DNA from: an uncultured Muribaculaceae bacterium | GTDB taxonomy: Bacteria; Bacillota_I; Bacilli_A; RF39; UBA660 | Assembly: GCA_964465805.1 (NCBI GenBank) | Contig: CAYXLG010000005.1 | Span: forward strand, 1 to 43,245 | Length of the DNA: 43,245 nucleotides | Reading direction: 5' to 3' | Shown here: in pieces, positions 8,287-18,715 of the stretch | Layout of the letters: each line of letters starts with the position of its first letter | How positions within the stretch are numbered: the first letter of the stretch is position 1 | The notes under the pieces: model-generated | Seen by the model: only the letters and a program-made list of their open reading frames with translations | What the model was told of the DNA's origin: nothing | Database searches by the model: none | Position numbers and translations under genes: made by a program

Positions 8287-10612
8287 TTAATGTTTCCTCC
8301 TTAATTGCATCTATTACTTCTTCAAAATTTTTAACAGCAATATAATCAATATTATCTTTTATCTCTTTTGGTATTTCATCTAAATCATTAAGATTACCAT
8401 GGGGTATAATAATTTTCTTAATACCATTACGATTAGCACCTATACTTTTTTCTTTAAGTCCCCCAATTGGTAACACTCTACCTCTTAAAGTAATTTCACC
8501 AGTCATGGCCAAATTAGCAGGTATCTTTTGACTTGTTAAAGCACTTATTAAAGCAGTTGTTAAAGTAATACCAGCACTCGGTCCGTCTTTTGGAATTGCC
8601 CCTTCAGGCACATGAATATGGATATCATTTTTAGTTAATTTATCATAATTAATTCCAAATTCCTTGTAATTAGATTTAATATAACTAAGAGCAATATGAG
8701 CGCTTTCTTTCATCACTTCACCTAGTGAACCAGTAAGCACTAAATTACCAGTTCCTTTATAATAATTAACTTCAATCGGTAATGTATCACCGCCAAAACT
8801 AGTATATGCAAGCCCATTAACAACTCCAACTTTAGCTAACCTATTAATTTCATTAAATTTATATTTTTCTTTCCCTAAAAACTTGGCAACCATTTTTTTA
8901 TTTACTCGATATTTATCTTTATCCACTTTTTCAACAACAATATTTGTAACAATCTTTCTAATAATGGTAGATAATTGTCTTTCCAATTCCCTAACTCCAG
9001 CTTCTTTCGTATATCCTCTTATAATATGAAGTAAAATATCTTCACTAAAATATACTTTATTTCTATCAAGACCGTGATCTTTACAAATTTTAGAAATTAA
9101 ATGACGTTTTGCAATATCAAGTTTTTCAAATTCGGTATATCCAGATAAATAAACTATTTCTAGACGATCTTTTAATGCTTCAGGAATATCATCTACATAA
9201 TTAGCTGTTGCAATAAACATAACATTAGATAAATCATATTCTTCTTCAATATAGTTATCACTAAAATATTTGTTTTGTTCAGGGTCTAAAACTTCTAATA
9301 AACAACTTGCAGGATCTCCTTTAAAATCTTTAGTCATTTTATCAATTTCATCTATTAAAAAAACCGGATTAGAACTTTTAGCCTTTTTTAAAGATTGAAT
9401 TATTCTTCCCGGACTAGCACCTATATAGGCACGTCTATGACCAATGATTTCAGCTTCGTCATTAACCCCGCCAACAGACATTTTAACAAAATTACGATTA
9501 ATAGCAGATGCAATACTAAACGCTAAAGTAGTTTTTCCTGTTCCGGGTGGACCAACCAAACATATAATTGGACTCCTTAAACTATTAGTCATTTGCTTAA
9601 CCGCTAAATACTCAATAATACGAAGTTTTACTTTTTCAAGGCCATAATGTGATTCGTCTAACTTTTTACGAACTTCTTTCAAATCTTCATTATCAACAGT
9701 AGTAATATTCCAAGGCAAACTAAGTAACCATTCAATATAGTTTCTTACAATATTTGATTCAGGTGAAGTAGCCAAAAGACCTTCATATCTTTTTAATTCA
9801 CTATTTAAACGTTCAATTATACTTTTAGGAGCATCTAAAATTTCAATTTTTTCTCTTATTTTTTCAAATTCTTCATCCCTAGTTGATATATCCCCTAACT
9901 CTTCTTTAATTGCTTTAATTTTTTCTCTCAATAAATATTCTTTTTGATTATTATCAAGTTCAGTCTTCACTTTTTGATCAATAGATTTTTCGATATCATA
10001 TATTCTTTTACTATCATATATATCTTCTAAGATCATTGATGCCCGACTTTTAACATCATTATTATATAAATATTGTTGAGTACGATCTATTTCGATAGGT
10101 AAGAAAGATGCTAAAATATCAGTCATTTCCGATAAATTATCAACATGTTCAATAATCCCTAAAATATTGTTGCTAATATAGGGAATTCCTTTAATATATT
10201 CTTCAATTTCGCGGTGCAATTTCTTCGTCAGAATGTGATCTTCATTAACATCAACTTTAGTTTCATTTATCATACTTACAATCGCTTCTAAAACATCTGA
10301 ACCTTTACTTAAATTTAAATATTCATGAACCCTTCCACGCTTATTTCCTTTTATAACAATCCTAACATTTCCATTAGGTAACTCTAATTTATGAATAATT
10401 TTTGCAATAACTCCAATTCGTGGAAGTTCATTAATTTTAGGAAATTCCTCCAACAAATTTTCTTGACTCACAACTAATATATTGTTATCATGAAAAAGTT
10501 CCGCAACATCTAATACACTTTTACTAACGGTACCATCAAATTCTAATCGTATTTCATTATTAGGTAATAATACAAGACCTTTTAACAATACGACTGGTAA
10601 ATTCATTTTCAA
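8276..10612 (-). CDS. lon: ATP-dependent Lon protease (LonA type)
   Basis: A Lon N-domain is followed by an AAA+ Walker A (GPPGTGKTT) and Walker B (VFLIDEIDK). The protease catalytic Ser motif PKDGPSAGIT and a downstream K are present. The TTG start at 10612 has AGGAGG about 10 nt upstream; ATG at 10606 is the alternative. Confidence 0.97.
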   Translation of the reverse strand: MKMNLPVVLLKGLVLLPNNEIRLEFDGTVSKSVLDVAELFHDNNILVVSQENLLEEFPKINELPRIGVIAKIIHKLELPNGNVRIVIKGNKRGRVHEYLNLSKGSDVLEAIVSMINETKVDVNEDHILTKKLHREIEEYIKGIPYISNNILGIIEHVDNLSEMTDILASFLPIEIDRTQQYLYNNDVKSRASMILEDIYDSKRIYDIEKSIDQKVKTELDNNQKEYLLREKIKAIKEELGDISTRDEEFEKIREKIEILDAPKSIIERLNSELKRYEGLLATSPESNIVRNYIEWLLSLPWNITTVDNEDLKEVRKKLDESHYGLEKVKLRIIEYLAVKQMTNSLRSPIICLVGPPGTGKTTLAFSIASAINRNFVKMSVGGVNDEAEIIGHRRAYIGASPGRIIQSLKKAKSSNPVFLIDEIDKMTKDFKGDPASCLLEVLDPEQNKYFSDNYIEEEYDLSNVMFIATANYVDDIPEALKDRLEIVYLSGYTEFEKLDIAKRHLISKICKDHGLDRNKVYFSEDILLHIIRGYTKEAGVRELERQLSTIIRKIVTNIVVEKVDKDKYRVNKKMVAKFLGKEKYKFNEINRLAKVGVVNGLAYTSFGGDTLPIEVNYYKGTGNLVLTGSLGEVMKESAHIALSYIKSNYKEFGINYDKLTKNDIHIHVPEGAIPKDGPSAGITLTTALISALTSQKIPANLAMTGEITLRGRVLPIGGLKEKSIGANRNGIKKIIIPHGNLNDLDEIPKEIKDNIDYIAVKNFEEVIDAIKEETLSKV

Positions 10613-10654
10613 AATTAATACACCTCCTAGTAAAAACGCCTTTATTATAATATA

Positions 10655-10686
10655 AAAGATGATAAAAGTCCACCTCTATATCATCT

Positions 10687-10688
<2 letters not shown>
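10655..10688 (-). terminator. Hairpin at the ligA 3' end (possible weak terminator)
   Basis: AAAGATGATA (10655-10664) pairs with TATCATCTTT (10679-10688). The 10-bp stem has a 14-nt loop and overlaps the ligA stop codon. Confidence 0.35.
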
Positions 10689-12672
<1,984 letters not shown>

Positions 12673-12796
12673 TTATCACCAATAATATTATATCACGTAT
12701 AATGTTGATTAGTAAATTAGGGAGGTTAAATATTATTAATTCATTTTATAAAATGAATTGATAATTTGCGATTAAGTTTAGACAAATTATATCATA

Positions 12797-12834
12797 GCCA
12801 AAAGAAAATAGATAAACATTTCTATTTATCTATT
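12797..12834 (-). terminator. Terminator candidate after pcrA and the small ORF
   Basis: AATAGATAAA (12807-12816) pairs with TTTATCTATT (12825-12834) in a 10-bp stem. On the minus-strand RNA it is followed by UUUCUUUUGG. Confidence 0.5.
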
Positions 12835-12994
12835 TTTCCTTTCTTAATTGATCATAAACACTATAGAATATCAACATTGAACCTACGAATATAATAATCC
12901 AAAACAAAGGATTCTTGTGGTATTTAAAAATAAAATCACGAAGTGGTTCAATCAATTTTTCCAACCATTTATATACTTTCACAAGGAAATCCAT
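12830..12994 (-). CDS. 54-aa small membrane protein (unannotated in the ORF track)
   Basis: ATG 12994 lies 5 nt after the pcrA stop. The product is MDFLVKVYKWLEKLIEPLRDFIFKYHKNPLFWIIIFVGSMLIFYSVYDQLRKEK, with one clear TM helix. The terminator follows immediately. Confidence 0.45.
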   Translation of the reverse strand: MDFLVKVYKWLEKLIEPLRDFIFKYHKNPLFWIIIFVGSMLIFYSVYDQLRKEK

Positions 12995-12999
12995 AATAA

Positions 13000-15084
13000 T
13001 CATCCTTTCTTTATACTTTTATGTCCCTTTATTAACTTCTTGATGCCATACTCATGAGAAAAAGCAATAGTTAATATTTTGTTATCAACTCCAACAATAT
13101 ATCCCCTACCAAACACCTCATGTATTATTTTGTCACCAATTGAATATTCCGCAGTTTCATCAATAACATTATTATAATTATTAAATTGAAACTCATTATT
13201 TAATATTTCTTTATCTAAATATTCATCACCAATTTCACCAATAAACCTACTTATCGGATTGCGATTAGTCATACCATAAATTGTTCTTTGCTTTGCATTT
13301 ACTAACCATAATGCCTTTTTAGCACGTGTAACTGCTACATAACAAAGCCTTCTTTCCTCTTCAATTTCGTCAAGATTAACGCTTGAATTTCTATGCGGGA
13401 AAAGACCTTCCTCTAAACCTACAATAAAAACATAATCAAATTCTAATCCTTTAGCTGAATGAACAGTCATTAAGGTTAAAGCATTATCATTGTTTTTATA
13501 TTCCTCTACATCAGCAACAAGACTGATTTCATATAAAAATTCTTCTAACGATATTATACCATTTTTTTCCTCAAATTCCTTAGTAATTGTCTTAAATTCT
13601 TCAAGATTTTCTAATCTTATTTCTGCTTCAATAGTTTTTTCGTTAATTAATTCTTGTTTCATTCCACTTTTATCAAGTACTAAATCAACTAATTCAGTTA
13701 AAGTTAAATCATCTTTTTTACTTTTTATTTTCTCGATGATTTTTTTAAACTCTAACTCTTTTCCACTATCAATGGAAACATATAAAGATTGATTGTAAAG
13801 ATCAGCCTTATTTGTTAATCTTTCAATAGTTTTGAGTCCTATACCTCGCTTAGGAACATTAATGATTCTTAACAAATTAACATTATCATCTTCGTTGTGA
13901 ATTACTTTTAAATAGGCTATTAAATCCTTTATTTCTTTTCGGTTATAAAAATACACACTTCCTACAATTTTATATGGAATATTAGCTTTTAATATTGCTT
14001 CTTCAATTGTTCTTGATTGAGCATTAGTACGATACAAAATAGCAATATCTCTAGCATCAACACCATTATTAATCAATTCAATTGTTTTATCAACAACATA
14101 TGATGCTTCATCTTTTTCATTATAAGATTGATGATACACAACTTTAGGCCCCTTCTCATTATCAGTCCATAGCTTCTTATCCTTTTTTTGAGTATTATTT
14201 TTAATAATATCATTAGCAACATTTAAAATATTTTGGGTTGAACGATAATTTTTTTCTAGAAGAATAGTTTCAGCATCTTTATAATCATTTTCAAAGTTTA
14301 AGATGTTTCTATAATTCGCACCCCTAAAAGAATAAATTGATTGTGATTCATCACCAACAACACAGATATTTTTATATTTTGCACTAATCATCTTTGTAAG
14401 TAGGTATTGAGCCCCATTAGTATCTTGATACTCATCGATCAAAATATATTTATATTTTTCTTGATACTCTTGCAAAATTGACGGATACTTATTAAAAAGA
14501 ATAATTGGTAACATTAATAAATCGTCAAAATCCAAAGAATTACCTTCAAACAATCTTTTTTCATATTTTTTAAATACTTCTAATACCTTTTTATCAAACT
14601 CAGTATGTACAAATTTAATATATCCGTCCGCATCTATTAATTCGTTTTTATTACTACTAATAACATTTCTAATACTTCTTGGATTATATATTTTATGATC
14701 AAGATTTAACTCCCTTAATATTTTTCTAATCAACGTTAAAGAATCTTCACTATCCAAAATAGTAAAATTCTTTTTATATTCTAGTTTATCATAATTTTCA
14801 CGAATAATTTGTAGCCCAAAAGAATGAAATGTCGATATTTGAATTTCATAAGCACTAGGCCCTAAAATATTAACGACTCGCTCCTTCATTTCTTTAGCAG
14901 CTTTATTTGTAAAAGTAATAGCTAAAATCGAACTAGGATCAACATTTTTTTCTTTAATTAGATATGCAATTCTAGTTGTTAAAACTTTAGTCTTACCACT
15001 TCCGGCACCCGCCAATACTAATAATGGTCCTTCTATTTTTGTTACAGCTTGTTTTTGTTGTTCATTTAAACTTTCTAAATCCAT
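13000..15084 (-). CDS. pcrA: ATP-dependent DNA helicase PcrA (UvrD/Rep SF1 family)
   Basis: Helicase motifs are present: AGAGSGKTKVLT (Walker A), ILIDEYQDTN, VGDESQSIYSFRGA, TVHSAKGLEFD and YVAVTRAK. The pcrA-ligA order matches Bacillus. Confidence 0.95.
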   Translation of the reverse strand: MDLESLNEQQKQAVTKIEGPLLVLAGAGSGKTKVLTTRIAYLIKEKNVDPSSILAITFTNKAAKEMKERVVNILGPSAYEIQISTFHSFGLQIIRENYDKLEYKKNFTILDSEDSLTLIRKILRELNLDHKIYNPRSIRNVISSNKNELIDADGYIKFVHTEFDKKVLEVFKKYEKRLFEGNSLDFDDLLMLPIILFNKYPSILQEYQEKYKYILIDEYQDTNGAQYLLTKMISAKYKNICVVGDESQSIYSFRGANYRNILNFENDYKDAETILLEKNYRSTQNILNVANDIIKNNTQKKDKKLWTDNEKGPKVVYHQSYNEKDEASYVVDKTIELINNGVDARDIAILYRTNAQSRTIEEAILKANIPYKIVGSVYFYNRKEIKDLIAYLKVIHNEDDNVNLLRIINVPKRGIGLKTIERLTNKADLYNQSLYVSIDSGKELEFKKIIEKIKSKKDDLTLTELVDLVLDKSGMKQELINEKTIEAEIRLENLEEFKTITKEFEEKNGIISLEEFLYEISLVADVEEYKNNDNALTLMTVHSAKGLEFDYVFIVGLEEGLFPHRNSSVNLDEIEEERRLCYVAVTRAKKALWLVNAKQRTIYGMTNRNPISRFIGEIGDEYLDKEILNNEFQFNNYNNVIDETAEYSIGDKIIHEVFGRGYIVGVDNKILTIAFSHEYGIKKLIKGHKSIKKG

Positions 15085-15109
15085 TATACCACCTTATATA
15101 ATCATAACA

Positions 15110-15133
15110 TAAAAAGACTTAAATTATAAGTCT
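15110..15133 (-). terminator. Terminator candidate after the Fic gene
   Basis: AGACTTA (15115-15121) pairs with TAAGTCT (15127-15133). The A-run at 15111-15114 on the + strand gives a U-tract on the minus RNA. Confidence 0.5.
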
Positions 15134-15196
15134 CTCTCGCTCTTTGTAATGATATTAAAATTTTCCCTTTTTCAACATAAATAGCACAATACAAAG

Positions 15197-15868
15197 TTAT
15201 CTAACTCTTCCATACTCTTTTTTATCACCTTTTACAAGTGATTTAGCTAAAACCTCTTTTAATAATCCTGTATCACCAGTTCTAGCACTAAGAACACATC
15301 CATCAATAAGTTTCTTTTTATCATCTTTAGTCCATTTACTATATTCTAATTTATAATTTAATGAAGGCTTTTTATTACTTATATATTGCATGTATTGTCT
15401 AAAAAATTCACGTTGTACTCTTCCATTTCCCTCTCTAAAAGGATGAATAATATCAAGTTCACCATAATAATGCGCAAGATATTCTAATAAAGATTCTTCA
15501 TCAGTCACCTTTTTTAAATCTCGCTTCATTTGTAATAATGTATACTCAAGATACTTAGCAACAAATTCTGGTCGACAAAAAGGAACACCACTTTTATTGA
15601 TGTTTTCTCTTCGTATTTTACCAGCAAAATCATACAAATCTTCAAAAATATATTTATGAATATCTAAATAATGTTGAATATCAAAATTCCCACTAAAATC
15701 ATTCAAGTAGATTTTGGACAATTTATATGTTGAATAACCCCTTTCAACATCCTCTAACAATTTTTGATCAAGTAAACCTAATTTATTAATTAATACATCT
15801 GTCCCTGGATAACAATATTGTGATTCATAATTAAGTAGTTTTTCATATTTATCATTATCTACCTTCAT
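15197..15868 (-). CDS. Fic-domain protein, class I toxin type (FicT/VbhT-like AMP transferase)
   Basis: The canonical Fic motif HPFREGNGRVQREF (HxFx[DE]GNGRxxR) is present. The N-terminus YCYPGTDVLINKLGLLDQKLLEDVE is typical of Fic/VbhT FIC domains. An ATGA overlap joins it to the upstream small ORF. Confidence 0.9.
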   Translation of the reverse strand: MKVDNDKYEKLLNYESQYCYPGTDVLINKLGLLDQKLLEDVERGYSTYKLSKIYLNDFSGNFDIQHYLDIHKYIFEDLYDFAGKIRRENINKSGVPFCRPEFVAKYLEYTLLQMKRDLKKVTDEESLLEYLAHYYGELDIIHPFREGNGRVQREFFRQYMQYISNKKPSLNYKLEYSKWTKDDKKKLIDGCVLSARTGDTGLLKEVLAKSLVKGDKKEYGRVR

Positions 15869-16053
15869 TTGGTTCTTCCTTCCTTTTTTTTATTATGAAG
15901 TTCAACTAACCTTTTTAAAAATTTATTAGACGACTCTTTTTCCATTATCGAATCTTTCATTTCTTTTATTTCTTCATCAATATGATAAGTATTTTCTGTT
16001 TCAACATTTGCAATTGATTCACAAATTGCTTTTTCTACATCCTTCTCAGACAT
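15865..16053 (-). CDS. VbhA-like antitoxin (Fic inhibitory-helix protein)
   Basis: This 62-aa ORF is translationally coupled to fic. Its segment SIANVETEN aligns with VbhA ALASQRLEG, giving NxxxEN against the [ST]xxxE[GN] inhibition motif. The candidate inhibitory Glu is E20. Confidence 0.7.
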   Translation of the reverse strand: MSEKDVEKAICESIANVETENTYHIDEEIKEMKDSIMEKESSNKFLKRLVELHNKKKEGRTK

Positions 16054-16114
16054 TGTATCACCTCACCTAAATTATATCACAATTTTTAATCAACTAATCA
16101 AATATATTAAAAAT

Positions 16115-16143
16115 CAAAAAAACCACTATAATTTATATAATGG
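16115..16143 (-). terminator. Terminator candidate after the 254-aa orphan gene
   Basis: CCACTATA (16123-16130) pairs with TATAATGG (16136-16143), 7 of 8 pairs. The A-run at 16115-16122 gives a U-tract on the minus RNA. Confidence 0.4.
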
Positions 16144-16153
16144 CTTATTGATT

Positions 16154-16918
16154 TTACAACTTAAATTTTTTAGATAATTTTTTTTGCTTATTATAATTTT
16201 GTTCTAACTCCTCGTCACTAAAAAAACTATTCATTTTAATTAAATCTTTCTTTTCAAAATATTTATTTAAAACATACATATGACGAATCGGACCATCAAC
16301 ACTCTGACTAATCGAATTCACATAAACATTAAATTTTTTCCCAACTTCATAATTAGTTATTTCACAATATAGATCATGGTTTTTACGTTCAAATTTTGAT
16401 AATAATTCAACTATATTCACAAGGTCATCAACCACTTTATCTTTAGAAATATTTTTATTGATACTTTTATTTATATTTCTAAAAAAACTATTGTCATTAT
16501 ATGCTTTAATATCTATTAGAAGTTTTTTTCTATTATGTTCTCTTCCTAACCTTGTTGTTACACCCTCTAAATTATAAACAGAATTAATAATATTATAAAT
16601 AGTCTCTTTCTCATCTAATGGTAAATACATCATAATATATGCCGCATCACCATAATTATGACCAGTACAACACATGTATGTTTCAATGTTTTTATCCCAC
16701 AAATTTAATAATAATTTTTCTAATTCAGGATTTTCTTCTGAAAATAACTTTGCAAAATAATTTTTATCCTTTAACGCATCCTCAAATTTTAAATGTTTAC
16801 CAAATTGATAATTTAACATTCTTTGCCTCCTACTTAAATTATTTAATATATTTTCAAGTGAAGTTATATTAACACTTTTTGAGATAATTGTAAAGCCCAT
16901 TTCCCCGTTTATTTCCAC
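16154..16918 (-). CDS. Hypothetical protein, 254 aa, no domain recognised
   Basis: This long ORF has a GTG start at 16918 preceded by GGTGAT. It has no TM segment or signal peptide. Its only notable motif is YMCCTGHNYGDAAYIMMY. It appears monocistronic, with its own terminator. Confidence 0.6.
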   Translation of the reverse strand: MEINGEMGFTIISKSVNITSLENILNNLSRRQRMLNYQFGKHLKFEDALKDKNYFAKLFSEENPELEKLLLNLWDKNIETYMCCTGHNYGDAAYIMMYLPLDEKETIYNIINSVYNLEGVTTRLGREHNRKKLLIDIKAYNDNSFFRNINKSINKNISKDKVVDDLVNIVELLSKFERKNHDLYCEITNYEVGKKFNVYVNSISQSVDGPIRHMYVLNKYFEKKDLIKMNSFFSDEELEQNYNKQKKLSKKFKL

Positions 16919-16980
16919 ATCATTATCACCCTAAAATGATTTATGAATATAATAACTATGAAACAAAAGGAGGGAATTTT

Positions 16981-17976
16981 TTGAAAAAAATTATTATATC
17001 TATAATTTTTATTATTTTAGTTTTCGTACTTGCATTCTTTACATTTAGAAAAAATGATCAAAAATTAACAAAAGTAAAAGTTGCCGAAGTTACTCACAGC
17101 ATTTTTTATGCACCGCAGTACATTGCACATTCGTTGGGCTACTTTGAAGAAGAAGGTTTAGATGTTGAACTTATATTAGTACCTGGTGCTGATAAAGTCG
17201 CAGCAGCTGTATTATCTGGAGATGTAAATGTTGGTTTTTGTGGTAGTGAAGCATCAATTTATATTTATAATGAAGGTGAAAGTGATTATTTAATTAACTT
17301 TGCTGGTTTAACAAAAAGGGATGGCAGTTTCATAGTATCTAGAAAAAAAATAGATAATTTTAAATTAATCGATTTAATAGGAAAAGACATTATAGGTGGT
17401 CGAAAAGGCGGAATGCCAGAAATGACATTTGAGTGGGCACTAAAAACAAATGGCATTGATCCCAAAAAAGATGTTAACATCGATACTAGTATAGCCTTTG
17501 CTGCAATGGCTGGTTCATTTATTGGTGGTAATGGAGATTTTGTAACCTTATTTGAACCCTTAGCACTTCAAATAGAAAAACAAGGTTATGGATATGTTGT
17601 AGAATCAGTTGGTGTTTTAGGTGGAACTGTTCCATATACTGCATATAATGCAAGAAAAAGTTATATTGAAAATAATCCTAAAATCATCGAAGGATTCACA
17701 CGTGCAATACAAAAGGGATTAAATTATGTACATAACAATACACCCGAGAAAATCGCAGAACATATTGTTGATTATTTCCCAGATACTTCCATGAATGATG
17801 TTGTTGCCGTTGTTGCAAGATATAAAAATATTGATTCATGGTATCCAACAACCAAAATAAGTGAAAAAGATTTCAATCATGTTCAAACAATCATGGAATC
17901 TGCTGGCGAATTAAACAAACGTGCCCCTTATAACAAATTAGTTGATATAAGTTTCAGCAAGAACAACAATGAATAA
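16981..17976 (+). CDS. ABC transporter substrate-binding protein, NMT1/THI5-like (NitT/TauT family)
   Basis: KVAEVTHSIFYAPQYIAHSLGYFEEEGLDVELILVPGADKVAAAVLSGDVNVGFCG is typical of SsuA/TauA/ThiY-like binding proteins. The start is moved to in-frame TTG 16981, with AAAGGAGGG 6 nt upstream, giving the signal anchor MKKIIISIIFIILVF. Confidence 0.8.
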   Translation: MKKIIISIIFIILVFVLAFFTFRKNDQKLTKVKVAEVTHSIFYAPQYIAHSLGYFEEEGLDVELILVPGADKVAAAVLSGDVNVGFCGSEASIYIYNEGESDYLINFAGLTKRDGSFIVSRKKIDNFKLIDLIGKDIIGGRKGGMPEMTFEWALKTNGIDPKKDVNIDTSIAFAAMAGSFIGGNGDFVTLFEPLALQIEKQGYGYVVESVGVLGGTVPYTAYNARKSYIENNPKIIEGFTRAIQKGLNYVHNNTPEKIAEHIVDYFPDTSMNDVVAVVARYKNIDSWYPTTKISEKDFNHVQTIMESAGELNKRAPYNKLVDISFSKNNNE

Positions 17977-18715
17977 AATATTAGATATTAAAAACTTAAA
18001 GAAAATTTATCATACTAAGCAAGGCGAAATATTAGCTATTGATAATTTTTCTTTTAATTTGTATGAAGGGGAATTTGTTGCCATTGTTGGTCCTAGTGGA
18101 TGTGGAAAATCAACTATTTTATCAATATTATGTGGCTTAGAAAAAATATCAAAAGGAACTATTAATTTTAATAACAATTCTACAATAGGTTATATGTTAC
18201 AACAAGATAGTTTGTTTAATTGGCGAACCATTTTAGAAAATTGTTTGCTAGGTTTAGAAATCAAGGGTGAATTAACAGAAGAAAATAAACAATATGTTTT
18301 AAATTTACTAAATACTTATGGATTAGGAGATTTTATAAATAATTATCCAACAAGTTTATCAGGAGGGATGAGACAAAGAGCAGCATTAATTAGAACATTA
18401 GCTACTAAACCAGACATACTCCTTCTTGATGAGCCTTTTTCAGCACTTGATTATCAAACAAGACTTGCTGTATCAGATGATGTTTATAACATCATAAAAA
18501 AAGAAGGTAAAAGTGTTATTATGGTAACTCATGATATTAGTGAGGCTATAAGTATGGCAGATAGAATTATCGTTTTAACTAGAAGGCCTGGAAAAGTAAG
18601 AAGTATTTATAATATTGAATTAACTAATAGATCTACACCAATTCAAAATAGAAAAGCTAAAGAATTTGCCTACTATTATGAACAAATATGGAAGGATCTT
18701 GATTTTCATGTATAG
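17969..18715 (+). CDS. ABC transporter ATP-binding protein (NitT/TauT family)
   Basis: Walker A GPSGCGKST, signature LSGGMRQR, Walker B ILLLDEPFSALD and an H-loop VTHD are all present. Confidence 0.92.
   Translation: MNKILDIKNLKKIYHTKQGEILAIDNFSFNLYEGEFVAIVGPSGCGKSTILSILCGLEKISKGTINFNNNSTIGYMLQQDSLFNWRTILENCLLGLEIKGELTEENKQYVLNLLNTYGLGDFINNYPTSLSGGMRQRAALIRTLATKPDILLLDEPFSALDYQTRLAVSDDVYNIIKKEGKSVIMVTHDISEAISMADRIIVLTRRPGKVRSIYNIELTNRSTPIQNRKAKEFAYYYEQIWKDLDFHV

Noticed and set aside
10613-10686. Looked for heat-shock operators (CIRCE TTAGCACTC-N9-GAGTGCTAA, or CtsR GGTCAAA repeats) upstream of lon.
   Set aside because: Neither motif is present. The gap contains only an SD and the ligA 3' hairpin.
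12687-12716. Apparent promoter TTTACT-18-TGaTATAAT immediately upstream of ligA.
   Set aside because: The -10 ends only 14 nt before the ATG, so the transcript would start at or within the SD (GGTGAT). This is not credible as the main ligA promoter without TSS data.
16919-16980. Looked for a TPP (THI-box) riboswitch upstream of the NMT1/THI5-like ABC binding protein, as with thiXYZ-type HMP transporters.
   Set aside because: Only about 60 nt are available. They contain no CTGAGA / ACCTGA THI-box elements, so I make no riboswitch call and no thiamine-precursor assignment.
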